DNA of 64,000 nt, taken from assembly GCF_009914755.1 (NCBI RefSeq), contig NC_060947.1. One strand, written 5' to 3'. The notes below the pieces were generated by a model that searched no databases, had not been told where the DNA came from, and saw nothing but the letters and a program-made list of their open reading frames with translations. Below are positions 15,001-33,696 of the stretch, in pieces; the first letter of the stretch is position 1; every line of letters begins with the position of its first letter. Made by a program: the position numbers and the translations under genes. Source of the DNA: the human T2T-CHM13v2.0 reference genome, Homo sapiens.

Positions 15001-17017
15001 AACACATTATGTGATGGTTTCAATATGCCTAAGGTTTGATCGTGTAGTATAGCGTTGACTTAGAAGTTGTAAATGGAAGAATTACCTTTTATTTCTCAGC
15101 CAGCGGAACCTATTTATCTCTTTATTCCAGATACGTTATGTGATATATAATGGGCAATGAAAAGGTTGGTCATTAGAGCAGCTTTAAAAAAAAAAAAAAA
15201 AAACTCATCACAGCAAGTGGAATCTGTGTTGAATGTTTAACTGATTGTAACTGAAACCTTGGCAGGGGGATAGAGAGACAGAAATGAGATTAAGGTAGGG
15301 ACAGTTAAAGAAATAGCAAGAGTGTCATTTTGAAGAATTTGAATTTGATAGCAAGCATTATTGTGAGCTGTTGATGAGGACAATATGGTTATGAACATAA
15401 GAATAATCTATCAGTAATGTATATGAACCCTTAAAATGAGAGAAGTAGATGTCATGGAGGAAGAATTGTAATTTTATGATTTACTATGCTGTGATGAGGA
15501 GTAGGATGGGGAATTGAGGGGTGGATACGTAACATTTTTTTTTTTACTCATTAAAATTTCCCCAGCCCCTAAATAGGTTGTCATATTTTAAAACTCTTTA
15601 TTATTTTATCCTTGATTGTCTGGAGTTGCCAAGTATATTAGTAAGTACAAAAAGTAATGGTATTAAGTTTTAATGACAAAAAAATGAATCCACTGGGTAT
15701 AATTAGTATACCAAACTAGAAAGGGCCTATTCAAAGATCTAATGAAATGCACTCAGTACTTTAATTTAAATTCCACAAAGTGCTGAAATGCTGGTTTATC
15801 TTCCCAATTCCCTTTAGTGTCATTGGTATACCACCTTTACTATTGTTTCCTTAATGTATTTTTTCTGAGTTTGATTCGACATTCACCTCAACATAGATTT
15901 GTAAATCTACTTTTGTGAAAGTTATGCAACTGCTGCATTTGGACAAGTCAGCTCATCTATGAAATAAAATTCTCCTTAGTCACTGTGAAGGTAAAATAAA
16001 CTAACTCATGTGGACGTATTTTGTAAATATAAGTCAATTTAGTTATTTTTATTTTTAGTTATGGAAGCCAAAGATCGAATATTATTATTTTTAATAATCA
16101 CAAATTAGTTGTTTTTATATTTATTATGGGGGCAGAAGCTCATAATATTATTTAAAAAATTATCGTGGAGAAAATTTTAAAAATCACATATTCCTCAGGA
16201 TAAATTAAGATTTGGTAAGTTCTCCCTAACAATTTATGGTAGTTTCTTAACCTTGCATTTGATATCAACAGTATTCAAATATTAGGGTAATGATTTGTAA
16301 GTTATCTTTTAAGGAGTTGTCTTTGTATTCTATTTTAAATTTTCTAAGAAAATCGCACGTTACTTGCTCTCCCCACACCATTTTTATGAACCGATCTCAT
16401 ATCCACTGGGTATGCAGTTGAAGTTTAAATGATTTCACAATACACGTTTCCTGGCTTTTAGACAGTGTATTATGTGTTTAGATTACAAATAGTTAGAAAT
16501 CTATTTGCATAAAATTTTAAATTATTTTTATAATGTCAGTGATTTAAAATTATTGATAATTTCTTGGATTTTGTTCTGTTCACAATTTTTTAAAATAATG
16601 ATTGTAACTGAAAGAGTAAAAATATCCGACATGAAAAAAGCTACATTAAATAATTAGCATGTTTTAAGTTACAGTTGAAGAAAAAAGTGAAAATAGACTA
16701 AATGAGATTTTTATCACATTTCCAAGTGCAAAAAGAATCATCCAGTGTTGGGGATAGGAAGTTTTTTTTTTTAAGATAAGAAAAAAGATCATTTTAAAAT
16801 TTGACTATGGTTTTCCATCTTGCTCAATTAAAAAAAGTCATAGCATGTCACTTTCACTGTTAATTACCTAATCATATTCAAAGTCAGTGATTGACATTTT
16901 CACGAATCCTTATGTGGCATAAACACGCACACACACACTGTGTGTGTGTATATATATGTTTGTAGAGGTCCCTTGCTTACCTGTAGCTTTTGACTTAGTG
17001 TATTAATAATTCATTTT

Positions 17018-17772
17018 ATGCAAATCAAAACCACAATGAGATACCATCTCACGCCAGTCAGAATGACGATTATTAAAAAGTCAAGGAACAATAAATTCTG
17101 GCGAGGCTATGGAGAAATAGGAATGCTTTTACACTGTTGGTTGGAATGTAAATTAGTTCAATCATTGTGGAAGACAGTGTGGCGATTCCTCCAGGATCTA
17201 GAACCAGAAATACCATTTGACCCAGCAATCCCATTACTGGGTGTATACCCAAAAAGTATGAATCATTCTGCTATAAAGACACATTCACACGTATGTTTAT
17301 TACAGCACTGTTTACAATAGCAAAGACATGGAACCAATCCAAATGCCCATCAATGATAGACTGGATAAAGAAAATGCGGTACATATACACCATGGAATAC
17401 TATGCAGCCATAAAAAGGAAGGAGATCATGTCCTTTGCAGGGACATGGATGAAGCTGGAAGCCATAATCCTCAGCAAACTATCACAGGAACAGAAAGCCA
17501 AATAACACATGTTCTCACTCATAAATGGGAGTTGAACAATGAGAACACATGACACAGGGAGGGGAGCAACACACACCAGGGCCAGTTGGAGGGTTGGGGA
17601 TGAGGAGAGAAAGAGCATTAGGACAAATTGCTAATGTATCCAGGGCTTAAAACCTAGTTGATGGCTTGATAGGTGCAGCAAAGCACCATGGCACACGTAT
17701 ACCTATGTAACAAACCTACACATTCTGCACTTGTATCCCGGAACGTAAAGTAAAATTTAAAATAATAATAAT
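17018..17772 (+). mobile_element. 5'-truncated L1PA7/8 3' end
   Basis: ORF2 C-terminus ([16 protein letters not shown]...), 3'UTR GGGCTTAAAACCTAG, (AAT)n tail; 14-bp TSD AATAA[T/C]TCATTTTA at 17005-17018 / 17773-17786. Confidence 0.92.
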
Positions 17773-17865
17773 AATAACTCATTTTAGTTAGTTGTTTAAT
17801 GAGGGTATGTTTTTACCCAAGTTCTGCTTTTATGGGAGTACTGGATACTAATTATGGTTTACTGT

Positions 17866-17877
17866 TATATATGTATG

Positions 17878-17916
<39 letters not shown>

Positions 17917-17917
17917 A
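17866..17917. repeat. (TA)n-(TG)n compound microsatellite
   Basis: Read directly from the sequence. Confidence 0.9.
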
Positions 17918-18339
17918 TACACTCAATTAACTATTTTCAAATATTTAAAAGGATATATTTAATCCAGTACATAGAAAAGCAAATAACAATGTCTAGCATA
18001 ATTTTAAATGAAGGGCATTTATGAATAACACATACAGTGTGATACAAATATATAGTGAGCCTACCAATTAAGATCTGATAAAAAAAGAGGTACATGGTTA
18101 ATATTATCAACAAATGGTTACTACAGAATACTAGATGAGGGTTAAAATAAAATCATTAATTTGTATCTGACGCAAAAATAAAGCAGTCAAATTTCTAAAG
18201 ACTGATTTATGCATGTGTAACACAGTCATTCGGTTATCTTTCTGTCTACAATAACTTCAATCATTTATTTTACTTCATTTAATATTAAGCAAAACTCTTT
18301 GTGTGTGGTAGTTTGTAGGGGAAAGCAATAGGGGTAGTA

Positions 18340-18560
18340 TTTTAAAGTAAGGCCTCTGAAAATGATGCTGCTTAATTTGTCATCTAGGCACTGCCATTAT
18401 TAGGTATATAATTATAGAAAACTTACTTTCTCAACCCCTCACTTTCTCATTCATATTATGAAGATTAAAATATGCAAAAATATTGTGAGATAACTTATAC
18501 AAACCACTCCAGAGACTGCCTGGTACCTTTTAAGCATTCAAATGAGCCATAATTATTAAA
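18340..18560 (+). mobile_element. MIR SINE, diverged
   Basis: GGCCTCTGAA...CTGCCATTATTAG...TTTCTCATT...TTGTGAGA layout. Confidence 0.5.
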
Positions 18561-19455
18561 AAGAATAAACTTATCCTCCAGTGTATGGTAATTCTGAAAC
18601 ACTAGATGTCTAATAGATTTTCTCATTTCAATCCAAACAATATTTATTGGGCCCTTGGTATGTTTAAGGCATTGTGCTTGATTAGGGACATAAAAATGAG
18701 TAAGACAGGGTTTCCACTCTCAATTTCTCCCAATTTAGTATGCTCCTTGAAGGCAGTGTCCATATGTTTTGATCATCTGCAGCATTTGATGTAGTAAAGC
18801 GTATAGCCATGACATCACTTAATAAAAAGCACAGTGCTATTTGTTTATATTTATTACAATGTCTTCTTCCTCCTGAAGAGTTCAATGAGTATTTTATCAG
18901 TGTCAATTCTATTATCTACTTAACAAATTTGAACACTGAGGAAACAGTAAGGGAAAAACTGAATGCTAATAAGCACTCACAGTCTTTGACAAATTTGTGT
19001 CTGCAACTGCAGGCCAAGGAAGCATGAGTCAGAGCCACAGTAATCAAGTTGTTCCATTTTTCTTTTGACCATGCAATGTTGGATACCGTTGCTTTCTTGA
19101 CTTTTCCTTTTGGTCTGTTTTAGGTGTCTCAGACTCGAAGTTTGTGTGATGAGAGGAGCACAGTCCCATAGCAATGCTAAAAGATGTGTGTGTATGTATG
19201 TACATGTGTATGTTTGTGTATCCGTGTGTCCAAGCACACACACATATATGTGTTTGGAAAATTGGGTTTTGATTTTCATCATTCTGAAGTTTAATTCCCC
19301 ATTAGAGTTGATTCACTACATACCAAAGGATATACTGGTTTATTCACGTATTCAAATTGTACTGAGTGGCTGGTATGGTAAGTGCCATGAGAGGTACAAA
19401 GATGAGGATACTGTGGTCCATTTCTTGGAAAGCCCTTAAAAACTTACTGTTTAGC

Positions 19456-19709
19456 CACTGCATGTTCTCACTCATAGGTGGGAATTGAACAATGAGAACA
19501 GTTGGACACAGGAAGGGGAACATCACACACCGGGGCCTGTCGTGGGGTGGGAGGATGGGGGAGGGATAGCATTAGGAGAAATACCTAATGTAAATGATGA
19601 GTATTAACCCATTAGGGTGCAGCACACCAACACGGCACATGTGTACGTATGTAACAAACCTGCACGTTGTGCACATGTACCTTAGAACTTAAAAAGTATA
19701 ATAAAAAAT
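19456..19709 (+). mobile_element. Short L1PA5/6 3' end
   Basis: CATGTTCTCACTCATAGGTGGGAATTGA through AAGTATAATAAAAA; perfect 15-bp TSD AACTTACTGTTTAGC at 19441-19455 / 19710-19724. Confidence 0.93.
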
Positions 19710-20705
19710 AACTTACTGTTTAGCATGTAATACATCAGGAAAACAAGTAGTTATATGTACTACTTATATGAAATAATAAAAATATATAGAGAAATATTCT
19801 CAGTAAGAATGTGGAAATTTTATATTTGTTTTTGGTGCTCACTGAAAGCTTCGAGAAATGTAGCACTTATGCTAAAAATTCAAGGATGTGATAGGCTTTA
19901 GAAATGGAAAAATCGTGTAGAAGGACGTTTTGGCAAGAGGGAAGAACATGGCTGAAACATTAAAGAGGCTATTAATGTTTCTTCCAACACTCTGCTTATT
20001 GTGAGACCTAGCAGGCACTAAATAATTAATAGCTTGAGTTAATCAGCTTGTAGTTAACTGAAAAAGACTGTTCTACAGAAGAAATATGACTTCTGACTGA
20101 CTAGAAGTCTACTATTAAGGCCTGAAGACAGCTGTAGAATTCATAATGCCTTCTTCAGTTCAAAAAATGAAAAATTTGGTTATGATTCAGCATCCCATAT
20201 ATTGAAGTTATTATGTAAAATTATTTAATGAATTTACTTTCTTCATTTAATTCTTCTAATATTAATAAAGTGCCTACTTCTGGATACATCAGCTGTGAAA
20301 CACTGGTTTCATTCTGCCTTTTACCTCCTTAGATATGAGGGTGGGTGAATTTGCTCTTTTTGACCCTCTTCTTTAGACCCATTCACTGTCCCTGATCTGA
20401 TCTGAACCTAGAAGTCTCTCCCCAGTCCTCAGGAGACAGACAGGATTGAACCCCATGCAGAGAGAAGGTAGTATGATGGAATTGAATTCCCGGACAGATG
20501 TGGCATTGAACTCTGGCACTTTATCTGAGTGCCACTGGTCATAATGCTGTAGGTTAATTTCCTCCCTTAAAAAAGGATGGAATAGCAGTCTCCTTGAAGT
20601 GTTATAAGAATTTTAGATGGTACATGTAAAGCACCTGTAACATTCAGCACCTTTAACATTAATGCAGTAAGCATTCAACACATGTCTAAATGGAAGGTGA
20701 TGGAA

Positions 20706-21010
20706 AAGTAGTCCCTCCTTATCTGCATGATACATGTTCTAAGACCTTCAGTGGATGCTTGAAACCACAGATAGTACTGTGCCCTATATATACTGTTTTT
20801 CCCTATGCCTATGCCTATGTACCTATGATAAAGTTTAATTTATAAAGTAAGCACAGTAAGACATTAACAATAATAGCTAATAATGAAATAGAACAATTAT
20901 AGCAATATACTGTAATGAAAGTTATTTTCCTTCTGAAAATATCTTGTTGTACATTCCCACGGGCAACTGAAACCACGGAAAATGAAGCTGTGGATGGAGG
21001 ATCACTACTA
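20706..21010 (-). mobile_element. MER44 (TcMar-Tigger) DNA transposon fossil
   Basis: AGTAGTCCCTCCTTATC...CACTACT inverted ends; ACCTATGATAAAGTTTAATTTATAAA.TAAGCACAGTAAGA core. Confidence 0.8.
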
Positions 21011-21367
21011 TATTATTGTTATTATTATTATTATTTGAATCTAATTATTAGTCTCTAACAATAGTGTTTGGTAAACATATCTTTATTAACTAGTAGAGTG
21101 CTTTAGGTTAGGAATGAACACAATTAACACTTCAGACAGTCTCCAAAATGTTCTTTTAAAAAAATCCACTTTATTTCAGCTATATTTTGTGTACTCATCT
21201 TGCTGTATGAAAATTCTTCAAAGATAACTGCAGAAAAATGTTAAATTGAGAAAAGGTGTTTTTTGTTTTTTTTTTTTGTTTCTCAACATAAATGAGCCTT
21301 GTGTGCTTTCATTTGCACATACCTTTACCAAGGTAAAAGTGTTTATATATTGTCAACAATGTATTGA

Positions 21368-23057
<1,690 letters not shown>

Positions 23058-26000
23058 ACAATGAGAACACATGGACACAGGAAGGGGAACATCACACTCT
23101 GGGGACTGTTGTGGGGTGGGGGGAGGGGGGAGGGATAGCATTGGGAGATATACCTAATGCTAGATGACGAGTTAGTGGGTGCAGCGCACCAGCATGGCAC
23201 ATGTATACATATGTAACTAATCTGCACAATGTGCACATGTACCCTAAAACTTAAAGTATAAAAAAAAATGTTCAAGGATGCAAATTTGAAGGGAATTCTC
23301 ACCAAAATTTATAGACTTGTAGAAGCATAAAGACTGGAAGGAATTTTTTATCCTTCAATTATTCTAACTTCATATAAATGTATTGGAATCCATGATAAAT
23401 GGTAAAAAAAAAAAAAAAAAATTGTCAACTACACTTTTACATTTAGTGTGCCATAGAAAATTGTTTTACAATTTAGGGTTTTATTTTTATAGAATATCAG
23501 CCTTTTATGACTAGTATTTATAATTGTGAATATTAAAAATATAGTACACATTTATTCAAATTTGATGGATTTGAATAATTAGGGAACAGAATTGATATCT
23601 GCTTAGCCTCATTAGAGTGAATATTATGGTAGGTTTCAGAAATACAGTTTCTACTTTTATTTTATCATTTACAGCCCCAATTAAATTCTCTTGCCTTTCT
23701 TTCTAGGACAATTGAGAAAAATAAAAAAGTGCGATTGACAAAGACAATGTAGTTCACTATAGTGGAGCATCTGAGCTTCCTGACAGGCTAGATGGAAAAG
23801 GAAACACAGATAAATACTTTTTTAATCATGAGAAAATAGGAAGTGTATCAATTACTACAGTAAAATAAACTTTATCTTGATGCTGGCTTTTAATGACCTT
23901 AATTATATGAGCTATTGTGAGGCAGTATATGGTAGATGTTAAGAAGGATAAAATTGGCATCAGGGAGATATAAGACTGCAGTCCTCATATACTCTCTGGC
24001 CGTGGGCAAGTTACTTATTCTTTTAGAAATTCAGTTATGTCCAGTTATACTATAACTACAATAAATAGGTACCGTAGAGAATTTCCCCATACACACTTTC
24101 ATTTGTCTTAATTTATGGTGAGACTATCTATAAAAACAGAAAGCATTAATTTTAAATATTAATATATTTAAGGATTACTTAAAGTTAAAAACACATTTCC
24201 AAAAATTTATATTTTTAGTTTAAAGTATGCACTTATTAAGTTGTTAAATATCCTGGGCTTGATGTATATTTAAAAACAAAGAATTTAAGGAAACCAGGTA
24301 TTTGGAATAATTAATGGGCATTTAAAAAAGTTATGTTTATAAATTGTAGGGTTATATGTACACACAAAAAGAAATTTAAATGTAACATACATAAGGACAA
24401 CGTAAAAGTTTATTTCTTAACCTTCTTAATCTACTTAAAACTTTTAGAAAAGCTCTTCTTTCAGACATAAAGATCAGCCTTCTGCCATTAGCAAAAAATT
24501 GGAAAAATAGAATACACATTTTCTCATCTAAGCAAGTATTTTTAGAGTCATTATTTTTATGTTTTTTTTCCAATTGAAGAAAATATAGGGTGCATATCAG
24601 GAAATACAATCTGCTAGTATCACTAAGAATAAGGAAACTAATGTTGACATATTTGACTCGAAGAAAACAAAACCATTATTGATGACATCCATGTTTGAAA
24701 AGAAAGGAAAAGTGTTTTTATGGAAATATGTAGTGTTTAACATCCTTAGAATAAAGTACATTTGGTGATATTTTTAAAAGGTTAAACAAAGGCAGATCTT
24801 CAATATAATGATATTTATCTCCATTTTATTTCTGGCTTTTACTTTGATATTAACAGAAATATATGCACAGACATATTAGCAGGATAAAACAAGGGTCATG
24901 ATAAAACTGAATTTATTTTTGTTTGAATTATAAGTAGTTTTACACATTAATGAAAGTCCATTGTTATGGTTAATCCCCTGGCAACTTGATCTGTGTAATG
25001 GGTTTTCATTTTCTTTATAAATAATTACTCGCTGTTTAATATTTCAAAAAACTATAGTGTAGGCATATTGACTTGTTCAATAAAGCTCATTTGTATTCAT
25101 TGTGGACTCTTGAATATGGACTATAGCAGCCAGTGAAATTGGTGGTGTTTTCTTGTTACGAATAATACAAGGAAAAACCCAAATCTATTCAATTAAATTT
25201 TTGTGTGCAAAATTTCAGCTATAGTCTAAAAACGCTACATAATTTATATTACAATCATTTTGGCTAATCAGATACCCAATCATATTTTAATAGATTTCCC
25301 TGGGAGAAGAAATGGGATTTAAGCTTATTAATCTGTATGGCATGCAATTAAGCTAACATTAAGATGACCAAACCAGTATGTTTTATTCCATTTGGAATAG
25401 GATCACTTCTCCAGAGTAGTAGATATTTCGGAATTTACAAAGACCAAGAAAATGTGTATTCCTTTATGATTTTTACTGCATGCTTAACTATTTATTATTC
25501 CATCTTGTTCTTGAAAGATTTTTAAGTTCTTTATAAAAATACATACATTACAAAGTAATAATACGTAGAGGAGGGAATTGGGACAGTGTTGGGAAGAAAA
25601 GCTGTGCCAGAAGTGAGGCTGTCCAGAGGTGGATCATAAATTTGTGTCTAAACTTTTTAGTACTCATTGCAAAAAAACATGATATCAACATAATTCCACC
25701 TTTATGAATTGTAACTTTTTTTACATTAATTACTGGAGCTCAGATCTTCCATTCTAGATACAAACAAAAGTTTAGTTTTAATGCCAGATCATTTAAAGGC
25801 AGTTACTTTAAAATGGCATCCTACAAGACTACTTTCTGTCAGCTGCCTATTTCCACACATCTATAGGTTAAATAAACCAATATTGAATACCATTGGCATT
25901 ACATTTTTTCAAGATTTGAAAGTGACTCATGAATCATTAAGGAGAGGTTGAATTACGTCAAGTGTAGTTTCACTACTACATTTAACTGATACTTTTAAAA

Positions 26001-26349
26001 ATGTACTCACTTTCATATGGTGCATAAAGCTCTGTTAACTCAAATATTTTCATTGTCCTTGATATTTAATACCTCAGTTATTGATAGCAGTCAATTGCTC
26101 ATAACCAAAGAAATGCAATTGACATAGTGTAAAAGTTCAATTTCAGTGTTCTTTCTTTAAAAACCCTTCAAAATGAGTTTTAAAATAAAGTAATAAAATT
26201 TCTAAGTCAACACTTAGAAATCTAGATAAGCCAATAGTTTCATATAGCGTCTTCAATGTTACAAGATTTGTGAGTACTGGCATGTGGGTCAGAAAACAAG
26301 GGGTTTGAATTCCAGCTCTGCTCCATTTTTATTGCAATTTCAGTTATCA

Positions 26350-26745
26350 TTTTAGCACTTCAGAATAAAAAAGAGATTTATTTAATTTCTAATTTTTTTT
26401 CTACCTCTCAGCTTTTTTTCAACCTGTGTGTGACTGGATTGCCCCCACTTTAGTTAGGTTATCATAATATACCTGTATTATTTAAACATACACAATCTCA
26501 TTGTCACTTCCCCACAAAATTAAAGGAAAAGCTCTCTAAAAAATGGAAAATTTTTAGCACTTCAGAATAAGAGATTTGTTTAATTTCTAAATTTTTTTCT
26601 ATCTTTCAGCTTTTGTCTATCTGTGTGTGACTGAATTGCCTCCACTTTAGGTTATCATAACATGCATGTATTATTTAAATATATACAATCTCATTGTCAC
26701 CTTCCCCACAATATTAAAAGAAATCTCTTCAAACAAAATGGAAAA
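26350..26745. repeat. Diverged two-copy tandem duplication, ~200-bp unit
   Basis: 26350-26550 and 26552-26745 both run TTTTAGCACTTCAGAATAA...CTGTGTGTGACTG...ACAATCTCATTGTCAC...AAAATGGAAAA. Confidence 0.92.
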
Positions 26746-27415
26746 GATTCTGAACAACGTGAACCTAAGAGGCCTAAAAATGACTAGGCAAAACAAGTGA
26801 AGTTAGAAGTGATAAAGGATATTGGGAGAAATACAGTAAAGACATAAAAATATCTATTCTCCTTTCCTCATTTACCCCCACATTCATGTCATTTGCCTGG
26901 TTTATTTACCTGAAGATATATGCCCATTGCAGTGAAACTGTATCATGTCATTTTATGCTACACGTAAACAGTAATGGATATATTACCATTTAAAGCATAT
27001 TAACCTATTCATGATGTGAAAGATATAATTGATCTTTAAATGTTTTATGCAGAAATCCTTGATGGATTATTAGTTGTTAGACTATTTTGATTGGGGCTCT
27101 GGGTGCACTGGAAATAAATTATTGTTTTTATCATTTAAAATAATGAAATATAGACTCCTACTAGCCAAAACATTTTATCAAACACGTGACAGGAATGGAT
27201 TACATTGATATAATGACGGATATATGTAACTGAGATAATCTCTTCATGTATGGCCATAGTTAGAGATAAGATTTGTGCTATTTTTTTGTTTTTCTTGATA
27301 AGTTGTTTTTTCTTCCTTCTTTTGTGATAATTTAGAGAGTTCACTTTTGGCTCTTTAAAAGCACTTCACACATACTAGAGTCTTTACCTAATAAACTAGA
27401 TCTTCAAATACATTA

Positions 27416-29284
<1,869 letters not shown>

Positions 29285-29669
29285 AAAAATTACTAATCTT
29301 TAACTCATTTGACACATAAGAATGACAATTTCATATATTTTATTTCCCACCTTTCATTTTATTTTTAGTCTCCATTTAATGATAACTAAATTTTAAATAT
29401 TTTAAGAATTTTAATCAAGCGCTTCTCAAGATATGATTAACTTCTATAATTTTATTATGTATGTATATGTGTTAAATATGTAATTATTATTTGCACATAT
29501 TTTACCTATTCCAATGTCTCTTACTGCCTTCAACATTCATTTCTGTTTCTTTTACACAACACCAGCCTCAATTTGTTAGTGTTTTTTTGTTCGTATATCA
29601 CTGATTTTGAGTTTATCTCTGATCACTTGTAGAACGGGATTTAGTTTTTTTTTAATGTTTTAAAATATT

Positions 29670-30322
<653 letters not shown>

Positions 30323-31049
30323 TAGAACATGAATTTGAATGGCTTCACTCCTAACGCTGTACACATCTGATTATGAGGGTCTTTTCATTTCCTATGGGTG
30401 TGATTGAAAGCCTGAATGTATGTAAATTTGGGGGTCATAACGTTTTCTTGCAATGTACTATAGACATGCATGCAAATCCATACTGGGGCAAGTAAGCTAT
30501 GGAGTGTCTGTGTGATAGGCTTTAGACATTAAGAAGAGGAAGTGATAAGTAGTAGAAGAGGCCAGCATGATTCCTTCAAGGATTATGAAGGAAGATAGTA
30601 AAAGTCATTTTTTAAACAGTTTGTCTACTTTAGATGGTAAGGCAGCTAAAGAATTTTGCAAAACTCCTCTAACTTCAAACCTTCTAGAAAGGGTTAGAGG
30701 ATCTCATGTCATCAAACAGACCCCCACCAACAGGAGCAGATGGGGCTGAATGTAGTTTCTCCACTTCCGTAGAGTTTTAAGTAAATACAGCTCTAATTAC
30801 AATTTGTATTGGACATTGATTCTAATAATCCATAATAATGAATTAAGGAAAGCTTTAGTAAAATAAAGAGAAATGTCTCTGACAAAAAAAAGTTTTTCTA
30901 AGTAATTAGATGGGAATAAAATGTTTACTGTCATTTTTCTTTTGTTACAGAGAAAAAAGATCTGAAGATAAATATCTTCAGCTCTTTTTAAAATAACCTA
31001 TATTTTCCTCTTTGATGTTTATCAAGATACGTGACGATCAGCATATTTT

Positions 31050-31730
31050 AACTATAAAGAAATGTAACATCATTTTTGAAATGAAAAAGTAAGGACAAAT
31101 AATTAAAGAAAATTACTTATAATCTTACTACCCCGATATTTGTTTAGATTGACACTTTATTGTGTATCTAATTTTTAATACATATTTCTTTATTTAAAAT
31201 AAAATGCAGATCGTTCAGTACAAACTATTCATAACTTGCTCTTTTTACATGCAAGGAAACATTCCTTAATATCCTTACATATTTTAACACTCTCATTTAT
31301 AATGGTGCATGTGGCCTTTTATCCTAGTGCTGTATTTTTAAAATCAATTATAAATGGAAATTCATTGGAATGTAGTTAATAATTTTATTTCTTCTCAAAT
31401 ATCTTTTCATAAAAATTGTGCCAATTTATACTCTCCAGTATAAGAGAGTGTTTGTTTCATCCACTTATCACCAATATTATTTAAGCCTTTGCCAATTTGG
31501 TAGGTGAAAAATAGTAATGTAATTATAATTCCAAATTATTTAGCAATTCATTTGAATTTTATCATATTTTCATACTTAATACAAATATGTTTCTCTTATG
31601 TAGAATTCAGGATTATGTTATTTGCATATTTTTATTAATGTTTTCTTACTGATTTGTAAGATGTTTATGTAGCAAGGACATTCATATTTTGCATTCTGTA
31701 AATATTTGGAAATTTTCTTTTAGAGATGTT
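31050..31730 (-). mobile_element. Very old L1 (L1MC/ME-like) fragment
   Basis: CCAATTTATACTC.CCAG...TTTGCCAATTTGGTAGGTGAAAAAT, TTCTTACTGATTTGTAAG; boundaries approximate. Confidence 0.55.
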
Positions 31731-32654
31731 AAACATTATTCACTTTTACTGTATTTTGGATATTTTTTCCTAAATTTCTGAATCACTGATTTGATTTTCT
31801 GCAGTACTAAATCTGAGTTGTATTGCTTGTAGCACATATTTTATTTCAACCATTGCAGTCTCATTTCTTTTTACTTTAATTTCACTCTACATTTATTTAA
31901 TAAATGAAATGTGCTCTTTTCTGTCCCTGAACATGATGTAATGTAACTACATATGTTTATACCATGGCTCAAATGGAGAGAAGAGGACCCAGGTAACAAA
32001 GGAGAAAGATAAAAGATAGATAAAGATACAGTTGCATATTGGATAAAGTCACTAATTTGCAAAGGTCAGAAGATATTTCTGTGCAGAAAAGGAATTGGCC
32101 ATTAGGTAGGATGAGGCACGTGTATACCTATGTGTTAAATTATGTGTTAAATATTTGTCATTTTACAGATGATCGTAGATTCCTGCTAAAATCTCACATG
32201 ACCTCAGTTCCTATTACTCATTAATTTTTCTCCTGAATATAACTTCATTATCATGACGTCATGATAAGTTCAAAAAGCATTAGGAAAAGGGGGTTTAGCA
32301 TTTTTATTTACTTCAACATTTTAAAGTATTTCCCAGTATGTGTCTTTAAAATAATCTCTTATGGAATATCAAAAGACAGAGGGACTGATAATAGTTACGG
32401 CTTGAGTCAACCAAACTGTTCAATAGGAAATAGCATCAGTATATTTTCTGAAAATCCTGCCTTTTGCTTGAATATTATGGCCATTTTGTTCAAAATAAAA
32501 ATACTCAGCAAAACCCTTAAGAGAAACCTTCAAAAGGACAAGTACATGCCAAGTAATCTATATTGTAAGTGCAAGGGCAAAGATACTTCTCCATCCTTAT
32601 ATTGAAGCGGTTGAAAATTTGCTACACATTGCTAGAGTTCTCCAAAATTGTTTA

Positions 32655-33122
<468 letters not shown>

Positions 33123-33306
33123 TTACTAGCTACGGAAGGGTTTGAGTCCACTAAGAATATACAGAAAGTACTTCTTGTACATCCTCATTTGATACTGTTG
33201 TTGCTCTGATAGGGACCACATAGCAATGTAAGCACACCACAGTTAAAGAATGGTTGAAAATAGAACTTAAGGACAACTGTAAATGACGTTTGGGGAGCTA
33301 TTTTCT

Positions 33307-33696
33307 CTCTGTATTTTATTTTATTTCATCTCATTTTATTTTACTTTAAGTTCTGGGATACATGTGCTGATCATGCAGGTTTGTTACATAGGTATACACG
33401 TGCCATGGTGGTTTGCTGCATCTATCAACCCATCATCTAGGTTTTAAGCCCCGCATGCATTAGGTATTTGTCCTAATGCTCTCCCACCCCTTGGTCCCCA
33501 CCACCTGACAGGCCCCGGTGTGTGATGTTCCCTTCCCTGTGTCCATGTGTTCTCACTGTTCAACTCCCACTTATGAGTGAGAACATACGGTGTTTGGTTT
33601 TCTGTTCCTGTATTAGTTTGCTGAGGATGATGGTTTCCAGCTTCATCCATGTCCCTGCAAAGGACATGAACTCATTCTTTTTATGGCTGCATAGTA
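33307..33696 (-). mobile_element. L1PA7/8 3' end
   Basis: Antisense 3'UTR (TCTAGGTTTTAAGCCCCGCATGCATTAG); perfect 17-bp TSD TTGGGGAGCTATTTTCT at 33290-33306 / 33697-33713. Confidence 0.93.

Noticed and set aside
16929-16949. (AC)5-T-(GT)5 hairpin
   Set aside because: A common low-complexity microsatellite arrangement.
30534-30549. Overlapping PU.1 (AAGAGGAAGTG) and GATA (TGATAAG) motifs
   Set aside because: A single isolated motif pair, insufficient without chromatin data.
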